Assembly: GCA_001938485.1 (NCBI GenBank) | Contig: MQRK01250777.1 | Coordinates: 8,642 to 59,014 of the forward strand | Direction of reading: 5' to 3' | DNA: 50,373 nucleotides | Source of the DNA: Girardia tigrina | Lineage: Eukaryota | Part shown: in pieces, positions 1 through 13,099 of the stretch | How positions within the stretch are numbered: the stretch's first letter is position 1 | Layout: each line of letters opens with the position of its first letter | The notes under the pieces: model-generated | Databases searched by the model: none | What the model was told of the DNA's origin: nothing | The model's input: only the letters and a program-made list of their open reading frames with translations | Position numbers and translations under genes: made by a program

Positions 1-530
1 AATATTTAATCAAAAACTATATTAATCAAAGAATGATGACCACTGAAAATTGTTGTGAAGAATCTGTTTGTGTTGTAAATAAATGTTTGCATTCAAATTG
101 TGATGTTGTTAATAGTGATGTTAATATTGATAATTTCTAGATTCTGTGTAGGCCTGGAGAGACTGTCGTGTGAAGCATTGTTAATTAGGTCGTGTTGCCC
201 TAAAATCAATGTTCAATCGGCAGTCTCAACCAGAAAAATAAAATTTTGATGGTTAAATTTTTAAAATCATTTGTCTCTTCCAAATTGTTTCCACGATAAA
301 TCACCTTATATTATGAACTCTGTTTTATAAAGTTTTAGCATGTTTTATACATTCACTCTAGTATTTCATGGAATCGATTACACAATCATCATTTTTGCAT
401 TTATATGCAGATGAATTAAATTATTAATCAGTGACCTGAAGATGGCGGTTCATCCGTCTAAATATATAGCAATAAATATATATATATTTAATGGATGAAT
501 TTTGTTTCCATAGAAAATTTTCAACTGGAT
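1..530 (+). mobile_element. Penelope-like element, internally deleted (ORF start fused to GIY-YIG C-terminus, then 3' pLTR with decayed hammerhead)
   Basis: CCEESVCVVNKCL resembles the ORF start at 5908-6000; EALLIRSCCPKINVQS; 380-530 is similar to 46190-46335. Confidence 0.7.
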
Positions 531-2587
531 TGAAGTTTTTTTAATATATTCAAAAGTCTGACAAATGAAGTCGACAAAAGATTATTATAGATGAGAAAGA
601 TTACAATTTAGATTATACGTTTTATTTTAAAAATAAATTGACCTTATTAGTTTCTTTTCAGCTTTCCATTTATTATTTTTATGAATAATCTTACACTCCC
701 ACAATTTCTTATAATCTTCATTATTAACTTTCATTGTTAATAAAAAGATAAGTAATTCAAAAGCTAAATTACATATTAAGGAGATTTATAACGAATTTAA
801 ATCAAAAGATAAATTCCTAAAATTGATAAAGTGGAAATTTTATATTTCCTTCTCACACACAAACTCCTTGTCGGGGAATGACGAATTCTTCCTACGTGGA
901 TGTCACTGATTCATAGCTGTAGCTACAAAAGTAGTGACGGTACATCCTAAAAACACTAATGTTTATTACTGATCAGTCATAATATTGGCAAAATTATGTC
1001 TTTTACAAATCATTTAAATAATTTATTTCCTCTAAATTTTCATCTCAAATATCCTTTTTCAATCTTTTTAGGTGGTTTTCCACAAGCTTCTTAACAATGG
1101 TTTATATTTATTGGTCGTCCAAATGACTTTCGTAAGAAAGTTATACTAGAATGAATGTACACAACATGGCAAAACTATAAAATAGAGTTCCTAATATGAG
1201 GTGTTTTTAGGGTGGAAACTATTTGGAAGGGCAAATGATTTTTAATATTTTACCATCACAATTTTATGAAAAGAAAGAAATTAAAATTTACAAATTTTTG
1301 TTACAATAATTTTAACAATATAATAAAAAAACTAAGTGTATTAAATATATGTTGTCACAGTCATTCAGACATTTAAATCTGTTACACATTAAACTAAGTC
1401 TTAATTTTTATTAAGATTTATTAAACAACACAAAAAATAAGAATATATTGATATTAGATAAAAAATTGACTCCAAGTCTCATTGTCTAAGAAGGACCTCA
1501 AGTATATTAGGGCTAGGGTCTTTTCTTCTTTCAGATTATTTTCCTCCGAGAAACTTTTATCAACAGTAGGCTTGTTTTTTACGCCAGTGACCAGAATTAA
1601 ATGCACTTGGCATTAAATCTTAATTGTAATATATTAATTTTAGTTAATACATTGTTGCGTGATTGTTTCCTTTGCGAATTCTTCTAATTTGCTTGTATTC
1701 TGTTTGATCTGAGGTGTGTGTCAAATAGTTAGATTTTTTTTATAGTTCAGAACATAGACATGTCAATCTTAGACAAATTATATATAAGAATGAGAAACAA
1801 ACGGTACAGTGGATTTAAAGTAATAGATAATAGAAATTCAATTCTCCAATTACTTTCAGAAAATATTATAGAAATATTAATATCAGAAAATATTATATTA
1901 TGAAATTTTAAGATTCAAACATTTTTTTATAACAAAAGACATATTTTATTTTTGTCAATCCGAAGGAAGATTTAAGGATAAAGTAACAGTAAATGAAACA
2001 GTATGCTATTATGTATTCAATGAGCAAATACAAATTTTGATTAATTTTAATATGAATTAAATAATGCGAAAAATATATTTAACACTTTCAACCAAAATAG
2101 AGAACTCTGATTGTAAATTATTATAAAACGTATGTATCGATAAATTACAACTTAAACTATAAGTTCCAGACTGCAGAAACATAACATAACCATTCATTTC
2201 AGTAACAGGAACTGATTCTTTCTGCAAATATCAAGTTTATGTGAAAGCAATAATTTATATATTATTCACTAGTAACGATAACATCGTATTTCCACCAAAA
2301 ACGAAATTTTAAAATAAAAATAGTCAATGATCGCCAAGCGATCAGATTTAAAAATAAATCAATAAAAAATATATTGGTCAGAAATATTATACTGAATTGT
2401 ATTTGGATTACCGTAGATAATTTTTATTTATTGAGATTTCCTGTTTTTTTGCGCATTCGTTCCAATATCTCAATTTTAAAAAGACACAGGGAAAAGTTCC
2501 TGAAACTGTTTATTCAATATTTTAATTCAAAGTATCGGAAAGGAAAAGACTGCTCAAAATTATATTTACGGATATTCTGACTATTTA

Positions 2588-2740
2588 AAAAGAATAATTG
2601 AAGAGATAACTATCCATACAGTTCATAGTCGATTATTAACTATCAAAGAAGATATTATCCAGACAGTCTTTAGTCCTTGTTGATTGTAAAGAAAGAATAA
2701 TTGATGAGAAAACTATCCTGACAGTTCATAGTCGATTATT
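2588..2740. repeat. imperfect ~50-bp tandem/direct repeat
   Basis: aaagaataattga..actatcc..acagttcatagtcgattatt at ~2588 and ~2692, with a degenerate middle copy. Confidence 0.6.
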
Positions 2741-3652
2741 TTTGTAAGATTACCTTTTTTCTTTGTGTATAATACCAAGTTAATTATTAATTCCTTCTTA
2801 TTATAGTGTTACAAATAAATCTTACGTTCTTAATCTCATAATATTACTTAATTATAGTGGCAATAAAACTCATTATAATAATAATCATATATTCCATGGC
2901 TTCTAACATTTACTCGTAATGTAAGGTTTTCGAAAAATGTTCGAAAAGAAAATTTAGAAAAAATGTTTCAAAATGAAAAGTATTGAATCCCATACCTTGA
3001 TGACTGATTGATGTTTTTCACATTTCGATTTCTCAGACAGAATTTTAATTATAAATTAAATGTAATAATTTAACCTTTCCCTTACCGTGCTGTGTAGTAG
3101 CTACACATTTAGAAACGAATGATTCAAAATCGATATAAATAGAAATATTCATTGACATTACTTAAGGTAGAAGTCAATATATGAAATTTATCTGCTAAAT
3201 TCATGATAAATATCGAGGAATACCTAAGATCTCGAAATTAAATTCATTGTATTAATAGAGATATTTAAGTTATTAGAAGCAATGTTTACACGTTATACAG
3301 TATGGTACATGAAGGGTGAAAAGTAATTGTGAAATACTTTTAATCTTTTTATATTCTAATATTTTAATCAATGTCAGATTTAGCTATATCCACTAAAGCT
3401 TATGGTCTTCATTTTAAATAAATAATAATCCTAAATAATATATTGCCTGAAATCGATCGATTATTATGATACAAATGATAATCGTTCAAGAACAATGAAA
3501 ATCGTTAATTTTATCGTTGTTAAGTGTACAAATTTACTTGTTGTTTGCAAGAGATTAAAAAGTAAATATCTAAATGGGTTCTACAGAAAATTTATTACTC
3601 AAAAAAGCCGAATTATCTTATTTTCATTTTTTAACTGTTTTTGGAAAATTAC

Positions 3653-3772
3653 TGTAACACGCGAAAAGTTTATTTTCAAAAACACTGTTTAATTGATAAT
3701 ATTTAAACAAAACATTTATCAAAAAACCATATATTAAATAATTCAAATAATTAAAATATCTAATATCCAACA
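3653..3772 (-). mobile_element. Solo LTR (120 bp) of the Gypsy family at 7195
   Basis: Reverse complement aligns to 7195-7313; TG...CA ends; exact 5-bp TSD ATTAC (3648-3652 and 3773-3777). Confidence 0.92.
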
Positions 3773-4299
3773 ATTACGTAGGCGGTATTTTTAAATTTAC
3801 TTCATTTTCAATTAATAAATTAATTAAGGTAACTCTCATACATTGATATTCATTTTTCAATCAGTCACAGTTACTCATTTACATGTGAGAAATAAAAATG
3901 TAACATCAATAAATGCATAATGAATAAATTTAGGAACTAAATATATCCCATTATCGCATATTATACATTGTGAAGATGTACGTACTAAATTAAAAAATAG
4001 ATCGATTTATAAGCAAATGTTTTTAAATGTGGACTCATTGCATGAACTAGATAAACATATTTGTGCGTTTATATTTATTTTACATTTATAATGTATACAT
4101 TTGTACATAAATGCATGTATCTGTTATGCAATTAAAAATGTAACGGAGGGTTTGGGTTCTTTCTTAGTTCAAGGCATTTATCAAGACGTAAATCCAGTCT
4201 CGGGTTAAATATTCTGATATTATAATTTTTCAGTTTGAATTTTAATAATGAAAATTGTAATTAACGATGAAAATGTTTAACAGAGAAGTTGAGTGTGAA

Positions 4300-4542
4300 G
4301 CTTGAATATTAATTTGTGGATCCATGGATCTTATTAATAAGGCCTCACACGTTTTACTCTCTCCCAGTAATTTTTAAATCGATTTCACTAAATTTGAAAA
4401 TCATTTGCTTCGATTTTCTTTTTACATTTTAAATTATGCTCAGCAATATTGGTCCCATTATCCAACCGACTATGCTCTTTGATCCGTTTGCAGAGATGAC
4501 GAGATGTCTCTCCAATGTATGTGGCGTTACACCCATTTCACG
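4300..4542 (-). mobile_element. Penelope-like GIY-YIG endonuclease remnant
   Basis: Minus-strand translation CNATYIGETSRHLCKRIKEH followed downstream by EALLI. Confidence 0.75.
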
Positions 4543-5586
4543 TATATATATATATATATATTGCATTGTATTACATGATTAATTATTATGAACTTATTAT
4601 ATTTGAATAATTCAAAATTGAATATTTTAAATTTATCAAAAAAGGTAAAAATCATCAGGCTAAATAATCTCGGAAAATATGAAAAATTGTCTTAGTTAAA
4701 CAAATTAAAATTTATTTCAAGCTTTTTCAGTGTTCCAGGAGTGGAGCTTGTGAATAATTCTGTAATAATGATATGAGGTCTGTATCAAAGTCAGGGTCCA
4801 CGGCATCTTTTTTGCATTGTATTAAGTCATTTGAACACATTGTAAACACATGATAAGGTTTTGAATAAAGATGTGAACAGAAAAGAAACAAATATGAAAA
4901 ATATGTTACATTTGACTAATAAATCACGAAGAAAAAATTGTGCACATTATAAGAAATAATTTTCCAATTTCTCTTATTATAATAATAAAATATAAATAAA
5001 TAAATATATATTTATATAAATAAATCAATTAATAATAAAAATGAAACAGTATATTGATGAGCGATACTTGAATCACGGGTATCTATTTTTGTTCCAGCCA
5101 TCCCAATCAGACTAATCCAAACACTTTCCTCTCCTTGCCGGGATGATACAGAAACTTGATTATTCACACAAGAGTCTGGCTTTTATAATTAAGATTTCAA
5201 AAAGGGAATGAAACAGGCGAATTTAAAATTATCTATTAAATTTATTACTCTTTTGCATGAACATTTGTTTAACATATTTATTTACCACAAAAATTCCATT
5301 ACTTTCCCTTTAGGAGAAGTATTTGACTTTTGAACCACTGATGTGAAATAAGTAATTTAAAAGTAACTATACACGAGACAATTATAGGAAAATTTTGATA
5401 TGTCTTTTATCTTTTTTGTGGTAAATGTCTTTTACACTGAGAAATAAAATGGCCTTTGATCTACCAATTTCCAAAAATATATCAAGGTGAAGATTTTTTT
5501 TTATTTATGGGCATTATTTTCAAAACCTTTGCTTATTTTTCAATTCTTATTCCTCGGTTGTTTTGAGAACTTTAAGTCAAGTTACC

Positions 5587-6000
5587 GGGTGAATTTTTTG
5601 TTGATGTTGTGCATGTTGATTCGGATTGTGTCTCTCCTACCCAGATGGATGATTGATATTTTTCTTTGATTCCTACTAATTAAAAATAATTTAATTTAAT
5701 TTAAAGTAAAAAGATTTAAAATAATTTTCGAATGTAATATTTAATTTTTAATGTAATTTAAAAATTTTAATATATTAATTTAATATGTACTTTTTAAAAA
5801 ATGTTTAGATTTAATTTTAAGCAATTAGAATCTTTATAATTAATAATAAATATTTTTCATTTATTGTAATATTAGTATGAGTTTAGAAATATATTAATCA
5901 ACAAACATGTCGAATAGCGAAGGCGGTTTGAATAATTGTTGTCATGACAATTCTACTTGTGTTGTTAATAAATGTTTAAAAAATCATATTGATGTTGTTA
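5587..6000 (+). mobile_element. PLE 5' region copy (head repeat, AT-rich leader, ORF start MSNSEGGLNNCCHD)
   Basis: Highly similar over ~400 bp to 38925-39330; the head motif ttgtgtctctcctacccagatgg recurs across the window. Confidence 0.7.
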
Positions 6001-6321
6001 AAATACCTAAAACAAATTAATCTAGAACAAATTTACCTAAAAGCTATTAACATAAAATTAATTTATTTAAAGTAAATCCATTTGTTACAATGTTACAAAT
6101 ATAAAAAAACGTTATTTAAAAAACTAAATTTTATTGTCTCAGTGGACTTTCCATCATTTTCAGGCCCTATTAACAACAATTTTACTGCCTTAAATATTGA
6201 TGATTAAGCAATCATCGCGTATAATAATTAATTAAATATTTTCAACAAAGTGTAAGGTAGACTTGTTTGGACATTAACTGGTGGATTAAGTGACTCTTTC
6301 CAAATAATTATAAAAAATATT

Positions 6322-6525
6322 TTAGTTGTTTTCACTATTTGATCTACAGACTTTCATATGTCCAGCAATATTACTATTATTACTCAATAGTTCATGTCCT
6401 TGAACCCGTTTAGAGAGATGACGAAAAGTCTCTCCAATGTATGTAACATTGTACCGATTACACGAAAACTGATAAACTAGATTGAAACATAAACTCAAAG
6501 GAGTTGGAGATTTATTGCTGAACAT
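6322..6525 (-). pseudogene. Penelope-like GIY-YIG endonuclease fragment
   Basis: LVYQFSCNRYNVTYIGETFRHLSKRVQGH is the typical PLE GIY-YIG motif. Confidence 0.85.
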
Positions 6526-7328
6526 ACTTTATTAGGTTTTTAATTTGTGCAGTAATCTTATCATTAATTAATATTATTAGGAAATACCACTAGTAAAATT
6601 ATTACATTATTGAAAGCAATAATTATCACTTGCATTTGTATGAGCGGCTTCAACTATTGAAAATTCATTCATCGATTGACTTCTGTGTTTCCTTTCTTTC
6701 CCGATCGGCTAGCGATACTGTAATAAGTCAGATTATACAAATATTGAAAGAAAAAAGACTAATCCAAGTTCGACACGAAGCTTTACTTGTACTTCCTACA
6801 AGTAAAAGTTAAATTATTTTTACCAATAATTATTCAGAAACGATGAGAGTAGAAAAATTTCCTGCTTAAGATTAAAGTCCAAATGATGCTCATCGATCAA
6901 TTGATAGGCAACGCAGGTGCTCATAATGCCTGCAAAGAGGGCTGCATTAGCATTCACGAAACTCATTAACATTATAAGGAATATTTTAAATTGTTTGAAT
7001 GTGTAAATGTATTTATTCTGTATGTTGATTTAAGTATGTTGACTTTAGAATGGTGATTCTCCCACCAAGATGGAAATTGGTATTTTTTTTATTTAAATTT
7101 AAAGTGATTGACTATTCCAACATAATTAAAATAATCATTTTATAAGATAATATTTATTATTTATTTATTATTATTCGAATTGTTTTAACGACATTGTTGG
7201 ATATTAGATATTTTGATTATTTAAAATATTTAATATATGCTTTTTTGATAAATATTTTGTTTAAATATTATCAATTACAACAGTGTGTTGAAAATAAACT
7301 TTCGCGTGTTACAAGCTATCCTGGTATA

Positions 7329-8030
7329 ATGAATGATATGAAAATCGCTTTGGACTTTTTGGAAAAATTTGATGGAAGCGTTAGCTTCGAGGTCTGGCAG
7401 AAGAAATTTGAAATGGTCATGAAAATCCAGAAGATTACTGATCCAGCCCCGTATCTCCCTTTTTTACTATCGACGGTTGCACTGAACATCTACATGGAAT
7501 CGGACGAGAAGACGCAAAGCAGCTGCGATCGGTTCTTCAAGATACTAAACAATTCGTTCGGTCTAACTAGACGTTCTGCGTACAGTCAATTGATAAACTT
7601 ACAGTATCACGAGGGCGAGACTATCGATGAATATGCGTCTCAGGTGAAGATGCTATCATCAAAGGTCGACGATCTAACAAAGGTTGCCTTCATGGCTGGA
7701 CTGCCTTTCGAGTTGCAGATGGATTTGGAACGAACCGACGACCAACCCTTGACCGAAATGATAGAGTATAGCCGTAGGTATTTGGGGATTAAAAGGGGTT
7801 TATTACAGGGTTCATACGCAGTAATACAACAAAGAAGCAGGAAGATCCGGAGGTCAGGGAAAACTCGATAAACCCAGAGCAAATCTTCACAAAGGACCCT
7901 ATGTTTATCGTGAGAGAGACACCGAATCGGAGGAAAGGAAGCATCATAAGGGTTCTCAGTGGCAATCAAACAGACATACAATATGCTACAAATGTCAGTA
8001 ACCGGGTCATATAGCAAAATATTATCAGTC
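7329..8030 (+). pseudogene. gag: Gypsy gag (capsid plus degenerate CCHC knuckle)
   Basis: ATG 7329; EKFDGS..FEVW, LQYHEGETIDEY and FMAGLP are retrotransposon gag-like; knuckle CYKCQ*PGHIAKYY at 7984-8025 is in another frame (frameshift and stop). Confidence 0.85.
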
Positions 8031-8039
8031 GGGAAATGA

Positions 8040-8471
8040 ACAGGGGAGTTTGAAGGCGCCGGCTGTCTCCCTTCACAGTTGCAGGCGTTGCCGACGATGA
8101 TCGTCACCGTAAATGATAGGTCGGCCATAGTGTTGATTGATTCGGGTTGTCCGAAAACGGTTGTTTTAAAAGGGTTAGTTAGAGATTGTATGTTATTTTT
8201 TGACGGAGAAAGTATGGTTTTGGCGAATGGAAAGGGTGTTAGAGTGGGTTCGGGTGAAGTGCGGTTGACAATAGATGGCATGATCCTTAGGGTGGAATGT
8301 TTGGTCATGGAACATTTGCCGTATGGTCTAGGGGTCTTAATAGGTATGGATGTCATAGGTAAATTGGGCGGTGTGAGAATTAATAAGGGTGTTATTGAGT
8401 TCGGTGAAGAAGAAATTAAAGGGACAGATAGTAACTTGAGTTGTACTGCATCGGATGCGCCTCTTGTTAGC
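8040..8471 (+). pseudogene. Retropepsin aspartic protease (truncated pol)
   Basis: AIVLIDSGCPKTVV catalytic motif and VLIGMDVI motif; truncated at the inverted end. Confidence 0.88.
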
Positions 8472-10515
8472 ATCAAAAAAGCATTTATTAAATATTTTAA
8501 ATAATCAAAATATCTAATATCCAACAGACATTATGAATTTAAATTATTTGGTGATATTTAATGGAAATATTTCGACGATTAGTCGAGTTTATCAAAAAGT
8601 TTTTGGTGAATTCTTTGACAATGTGTTATTAAATTTTGAATTACTATATAAAAAATTACTTTGAAACGAAAATATTGAGGAATTTGCAAATAAAACGATT
8701 TTTTATACGAATTTATTTGTACAAGTTTTGAGACGAAATTTAAATGTGATTTTTTTCTGAAACGTGTTCTAATTTTTTTATTGAAATCTGAATTATATTT
8801 GATGTTTCAAAACTATTAATGATAATAAGTTTGAATAATATAAAAGGAGCTCAACACGAAATTGCTGAGAGCTATGACTCTGCCACCATCATCCAGTTTT
8901 CGGGGTAACCTGAGTGTCAAATGGAACAACATGTAACCGATGAACAGGTCTCATAAGGATCCCAACAAAACATTATTGAAAACAATATTCTAACAATGAT
9001 TTTTACGTTTTTGTTATTTAAATTATTTTAAATATATAATTTTCTTCTCATTAAATTCCATTCTTAAAAATTAATATTTCAAAAATAAATTTAATACTAA
9101 AAACTTAAATATTTTATTTTGTATTTTAAAAACGAACATTCATTGAATTCCCAAATAAAATTTGCGTTGACAAATTCTAACAGCAATAAATCACAAAATC
9201 AATCTTTTTTTGGGAATAATTTTATAAAAAAAATCTTCAAATTTGCTATTTGTTTTTATTAAGCGACAGAAAGAAGATGAATAAGTTGTCTGAAAAATAA
9301 ATTTTTTTTACAATTTTAACCAATCGAAAAAGAGAGAAATATTCTATATTATTACTGAATAATGTAAATGTATTAAATTCGTCAATGGATACAAACTGAC
9401 CCACCAGGGATTACTGATAGAGTTCAGTGGACCTAATCAGCCGCCCCCTCCTACAGAGGTAATCTGTTTCAGCACAATTTTAACCAAACTTATGACCGAA
9501 TTTCGTCCAATAAAATCTGTAGAAGCCGAAAAATCAGCCTCCCAGTCTTCCTCGATTCTGTAATTCTCCTATTTCTGTGTGCTTCGTCCCAATTATTGCT
9601 GTAATCTTAAACATGTCATATGTGGGTTTTCGTAGATAAAAAAAAGCGACACAGCAATTTGTATTCTGTGCTGACTACAAAAAACTGGTTAAATAAACAA
9701 CCGGATTATTTATCTCAATTTTTATTGAAGGAAAATAAGTGATTTTCCACAATCTTCTTTCGAAGAAACCAAAAAAAAAAACAAAAACTAAATTAACGAT
9801 TAAAAATTGGGATATTTTAGATTTTGAAGAACTAATTCTTAAGTGGAGAATAATAAGTGTAAAATAAAACATGAAAATAATTTTTCTATATTGTTTCAGG
9901 TAATTCTTTTATTTTATTATTAATTAATTAATTAATTTATTTATTTATTCAATTAGTCAATTGATTTTATTATATGTCATTCTATCATTCGATTCGATCG
10001 TATCAGCTCAATCGGTTTGATTTCGTTTTTGTTTCTAAAATTTATTTATTAAATTATAACTTAAAATTAATTTTTTTATTAAACATTGTTTTGATAATTG
10101 ATTTTTTTAAACATTTAATTTTTTTATTTAATAAATAAAATGGCATGGAAACAGAATTACTAGAATGTCCCATAATTATTTTCCGTTTTTAATGCATATT
10201 ATATGCAATATTAATATTGAAATAAAAAAATATAATTACATTATTAATTATCAAAATGATATTTATTTTCAAAAAAAGATTTACAAAAGAATTTTAAAAA
10301 AATAGCAAAAATCGATTCTTATCGTTTAAATTTACTTATATTAAAAACGAAAAAAACATATATGACACGCTAGTAAAATGTAAATTTATTCTTCTACCTT
10401 ATTGTCGACCCAAAACCTGATTATGATGAGAAGGTTTATGACACTAAACTTAGGGTACCAAAACTTGTTTAACAAGTAATTATTAAAAACAAGTCAAGCT
10501 TATTAAGAATGAGTA

Positions 10516-10715
10516 CCGTATTTTCATGAATATGCGATTTTATCTACGCCGCACCAACTCGCAGGGTATAAAAGTTGGCGGGGTATCTTAAAAATACTTT
10601 ACAAGATATCAACTAACATCCCACGATGATTGCATATGGGTAAGGCGAGATTTTGCCTAATCAAAATGCCTCTGACGAGGAAACAACTATGCGGGCTATA
10701 TGCGTGAAAAGACGG
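10516..10715. mobile_element. Tc2/pogo-type MITE
   Basis: TA|CCGTATTTTCATGAATAT ... ATATGCGTGAAAAGACGG|TA; TIRs with TA TSD. Confidence 0.75.
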
Positions 10716-11684
10716 TAGGTATAAATAGGTTTATTTTTTGCAGATTCATGTTTCTTAACATTTTTTTGTTTATTTCTACTTTTCTGTTGGTCTATTCGTT
10801 CTTTTTCCATAGAGGAAAAAAACCTTTTTCTACGCATGTTTTTCGAACGAAGAATGAATCGGTGGTAGGAGACTCAGGAATATTTTTAACAATCCATTTA
10901 TTAAACATGACAATAATAAAAATAACAATAATAATAAATCTTGTAAAACTTGTTCAATATACTGATTCAACGTATTTTTCAAGTCATTAATTATTTTAAA
11001 ATCATTTATTTATTAGTCACGGTGGTCTAGGTTAAATAAGTAATCATGTTTAATTCAGTGACTCATTTGTAAAATTTCCTTCATCTTCAGATGAGGAAAG
11101 GATGTTGTCTTTTTACTGATGATTAAAAATAATTATTAATTATTGAAAAAAAGAAATTATATAATTTGTTTCCTTTCGAATATTTCCCGTGATGATTTAC
11201 ACAATTCTAATACAAAGATTCCTTCTACATTCTCGACTTCTTATTGCCATGTCCTTTAAATTGCCTTCATCATAACATCGTGATAGAGGGTCTTCCAAAA
11301 GTTATGATATTTGAATGGTGTAATCTCAACATATTTAAAACAGGATTAAGAACCAACAAAATTATTTGAAAAACAGTGTTCTAACTTATACAAACAATAA
11401 CATTTTCGTCGTGAAATATACAAAATAGAAGGCAAACTAAATAAATATTTTTATCCAAATATATCCGATACAATTTGAGCATTTGATTTCATAGATACAG
11501 TTCTGAATAAGTTGTTATTCATATTATCTCGGATATAAGTAGCAAGCATTTCCTGTTCTTTTTCTTTTCTTTTTTCTACATTAGTTGGATAAATTAGGAT
11601 CTTGAATTAATGATTTTACAATCTTTTCGAAATTCAAATAGTTTTGCTATAACAAGCACCTTTGGAATTTACCTTTTGCATGTA

Positions 11685-12949
11685 TTGGGTTGAGGAATAA
11701 GTTCCCGCCGTTTTTTGAAAAATTAAAATTTTATTTTTTAACAAAAAGTTACTACAAATTAATCACAAATATAATCTCCGCCATTGTTTACGACTTCTTC
11801 CCAACGTTCAACGAGTTTTTCAATGCCTCTTTGGTAGCAATCGCCCGGTCTTGACTCGAAGAATTCAGCCAACCAAACTTGCAGTTCTCCATCATTGTTG
11901 AACGAAACAGCACGCAAAGCGTTAGAAAGCGAACGGAAAAGATGAAAATCAGATGGAGCCAAGTCAGGTGAATACGGAGGGTGCGGTAACACTTCCCAAC
12001 CAAGCGTTTGAAAGGATTCTTTAGTCATTCTGGCAATATGAGGACGTGCATTGTCGTGTTGCAAAATAACGCCATGTTGTCGATCCGGATGTTTTTGTCT
12101 TATAGCGGCGTTGAGTCTATGCAGCTGTTGAACATAAAGTTCTGTATTCACTGTTTGGTTTTGAGGAAGCAATTCATAATGAATAAGCCCTTCCCAACCC
12201 CACCAAACGCATAGCATTGTCTTTCGTGGATGAAAATCCTGTTTTGCTCGCGGTGTCGATTGTTCTTCTCGGCTACGCCATTCTTTGCGCTGTTTCATGT
12301 TGACGTATAGGCAACATTTTTCATCAACTGTTAAAATTCGATAAAGAAATTGTTGCTTATGACTGTGAGTAGAGCGATGACGGGCAAGCAAACTCGCCGA
12401 AATTGTGGATCGCTGGTTTTTATTGTTTTCGGTCAAAAGATGTAGGACTCATGCTCCCATTTTTTGAACTTTTCCCATTGATTTCAGGGGGTTCACGACA
12501 GTTTTTTGATCACAATCAAATATGTTCCGCCAATTCTCGAGTGATTAGACGCGCGTCTTCATGCAAAAGTTTGTTCAAATGCTCTTCATCGAATTCCTTT
12601 GGTCGTCCTCAAAGAGGTGCATCCTTGAGGTCAAAATTGCCAATTTAATCAGCTATAGCGCCTTCTCCGTATACAGCACAAGGTTCTCGGGCAGCGTTTG
12701 CGGCTTAGGTGCCTCGATTATACGTAAACAATAGATGGTGTCGGAAATGCTCATTATTGTCGACTTGACACTCCATTTCAATGGTCTAAAAATCGACAAA
12801 AATTAATCTGAATAAAAAAACAAAATACACCATTTTTAGGGCAAAACAATAGCTTTCAAATAACATATAACATTACATCAAAAAAATTGATTTAAATATT
12901 AAATTGATTAAAAATTAAAAAAACGGCGGGGACTTATTCCTCAACATAA
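11685..12949 (-). mobile_element. Full-length mariner (DD34D) element, inactive
   Basis: ~30-bp TIRs (ttgggttgaggaataagttcccgccgtttttt) with TA TSD; 1265 bp. Confidence 0.95.
11759..12776 (-). pseudogene. mariner transposase (frameshifted)
   Basis: Start MECQVDNNEHFRHHLL; TVDEK, HDNARPH and PPYSPDLAPSDFHLF motifs; stops and frameshifts in the N-terminal half. Confidence 0.92.
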
Positions 12950-13099
12950 TAGATCCGTTAATCTGAAAACAAGTCCGTTTCACTCACTTCCTCTAGCGTT
13001 TATTTAATGTTTGAATTTAAAGATAAGTAATTTATCCTTCTTTTCGTTGTTCACAGTCTTTTCACAAATTTAAATAACCATACTTAATACTTATTTATT

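Larger units (their letters stand above)
7195..8526 (+). mobile_element. Gypsy/Ty3-derived gag-protease element with inverted LTR-derived termini
   Basis: 5' LTR 7195-7313; the right end 8472-8526 is a 54/55 inverted copy of 7195-7249; 5-bp TSD GACAT (7190-7194 and 8527-8531); no RT or integrase. Confidence 0.9.

Noticed and set aside
943-1214. 13/14-bp inverted pair (catcctaaaaacac / gtgtttttagggtg)
   Set aside because: Too short and no clear TSD, so not called as a MITE.
2374-5669. Short AT-rich ORFs from the track (60-70 aa)
   Set aside because: Composition-driven chance ORFs with no motifs.
7640-8524. 294-aa minus-strand ORF
   Set aside because: Antisense shadow of gag-protease; it shares its N-terminus with the + ORF only because of the inverted repeat, and shows no recognisable motif.
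9380-9680. Relatively GC-rich patch, possible exon
   Set aside because: No open frame with a convincing motif or splice pair on either strand.
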